DNA of 64,000 nucleotides, from contig CAVVHS010000008.1 in assembly GCA_963748215.1 (NCBI GenBank), positions 224,001-288,000 on the forward strand, written 5' to 3'. Below, in pieces: positions 63,600-64,000 of the stretch. Each line of letters begins with the position of its first letter. The first letter of the stretch is position 1. The notes under the pieces are model-generated. The model saw only the letters and a program-made list of their open reading frames with translations. It was not told where the DNA came from and did no database searches. Source of the DNA: an uncultured Gammaproteobacteria bacterium. Its GTDB lineage: Bacteria > Pseudomonadota > Gammaproteobacteria > UBA9214. Position numbers and translations under genes: made by a program.

Positions 63600-64000
63600 C
63601 TAGATCAGCAAATCTACCCGGCCCTTGCCGGCCGGCGTACTGTCGATCGACGGTTGACACGCGGCCAGCCGACTGGCGCTAATCGAATGCTTGCTGACCA
63701 GGTAATCGATCACCGCCGCGGCGCGCCGGGTGGCGAGGTCGAGCAGCTGTTCATCGCTGATCCTGACCGGCTCGACCGGCACTTTCTCGCCCGGCTTGTC
63801 GGCCGGCCTGTCAACGACCGTCGCCGTCGCCTTTATTGCCAGCGTCGCCCGGTCGGATTCGTTCACCACGCCGCACACCTTGATATTCAGTTCCGGCCGA
63901 TTGGCGAGGATACCGGCCACCTTGTCCAGGTAGTCATGACTGCCCTGCTTCTCCACGTCACTGCCGGGTGTGAAATCGACCGGCGCCAGCTGGACCTTGG
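63600..64000 (-). CDS. C-terminal part of a DUF748-type protein with OmpA-like end (runs off window end)
   Basis: PVDF.PG, YLDKVA..L..RPEL.IKVCG, L..LA.RRA..V..YL, GRVDL. Confidence 0.72.
   Translation of the reverse strand, partial: KVQLAPVDFTPGSDVEKQGSHDYLDKVAGILANRPELNIKVCGVVNESDRATLAIKATATVVDRPADKPGEKVPVEPVRISDEQLLDLATRRAAAVIDYLVSKHSISASRLAACQPSIDSTPAGKGRVDLLI

Overview
GC-rich gammaproteobacterial chromosomal segment, plausibly from a sulfur-oxidising, PHA-storing lineage (fccAB, class III phaEC; inference). The housekeeping backbone is: prs/tRNA-Gln/ispE/lolB/TPR divergent from hemA-prfA-prmC; DUF2061-dps behind an OxyR-type box; ftsH; pat; phaPABR divergent from phaEC; a Zn-deacetylase; tauE; moeB; pdxB; purU; gatCAB divergent from mreBCD-mrdA-rodA-mltB-rlpA-dac-dat; a stand-alone EF-G; fccAB; lexA-imuA; and ispG. 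Two accessory islands (about 8.6-17.2 kb and 48.7-50.5 kb) consist of single-gene modules bounded by degenerate integron attC-like sites, with no integrase in the window. The first island also has a second, unexplained layer of paired ~28-bp dyad sites with TGGCCG/CGACCC cores, one of which is split centrally by an IS30. Intergenic gaps hold nested non-autonomous elements. These include a 642-bp MITE with many CsrA/RsmA-type ANGGAN hairpins, one unit of which recurs elsewhere with compensatory stem changes, and tRNA-Gln-derived units carrying a hairpin insert in the T-loop. About 11 single-base frameshifts in conserved genes (gatA, gatB, fusA, ispG, mltB, pat) are most likely assembly errors. 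Family assignments come from motif recognition by eye; no database searches were run.
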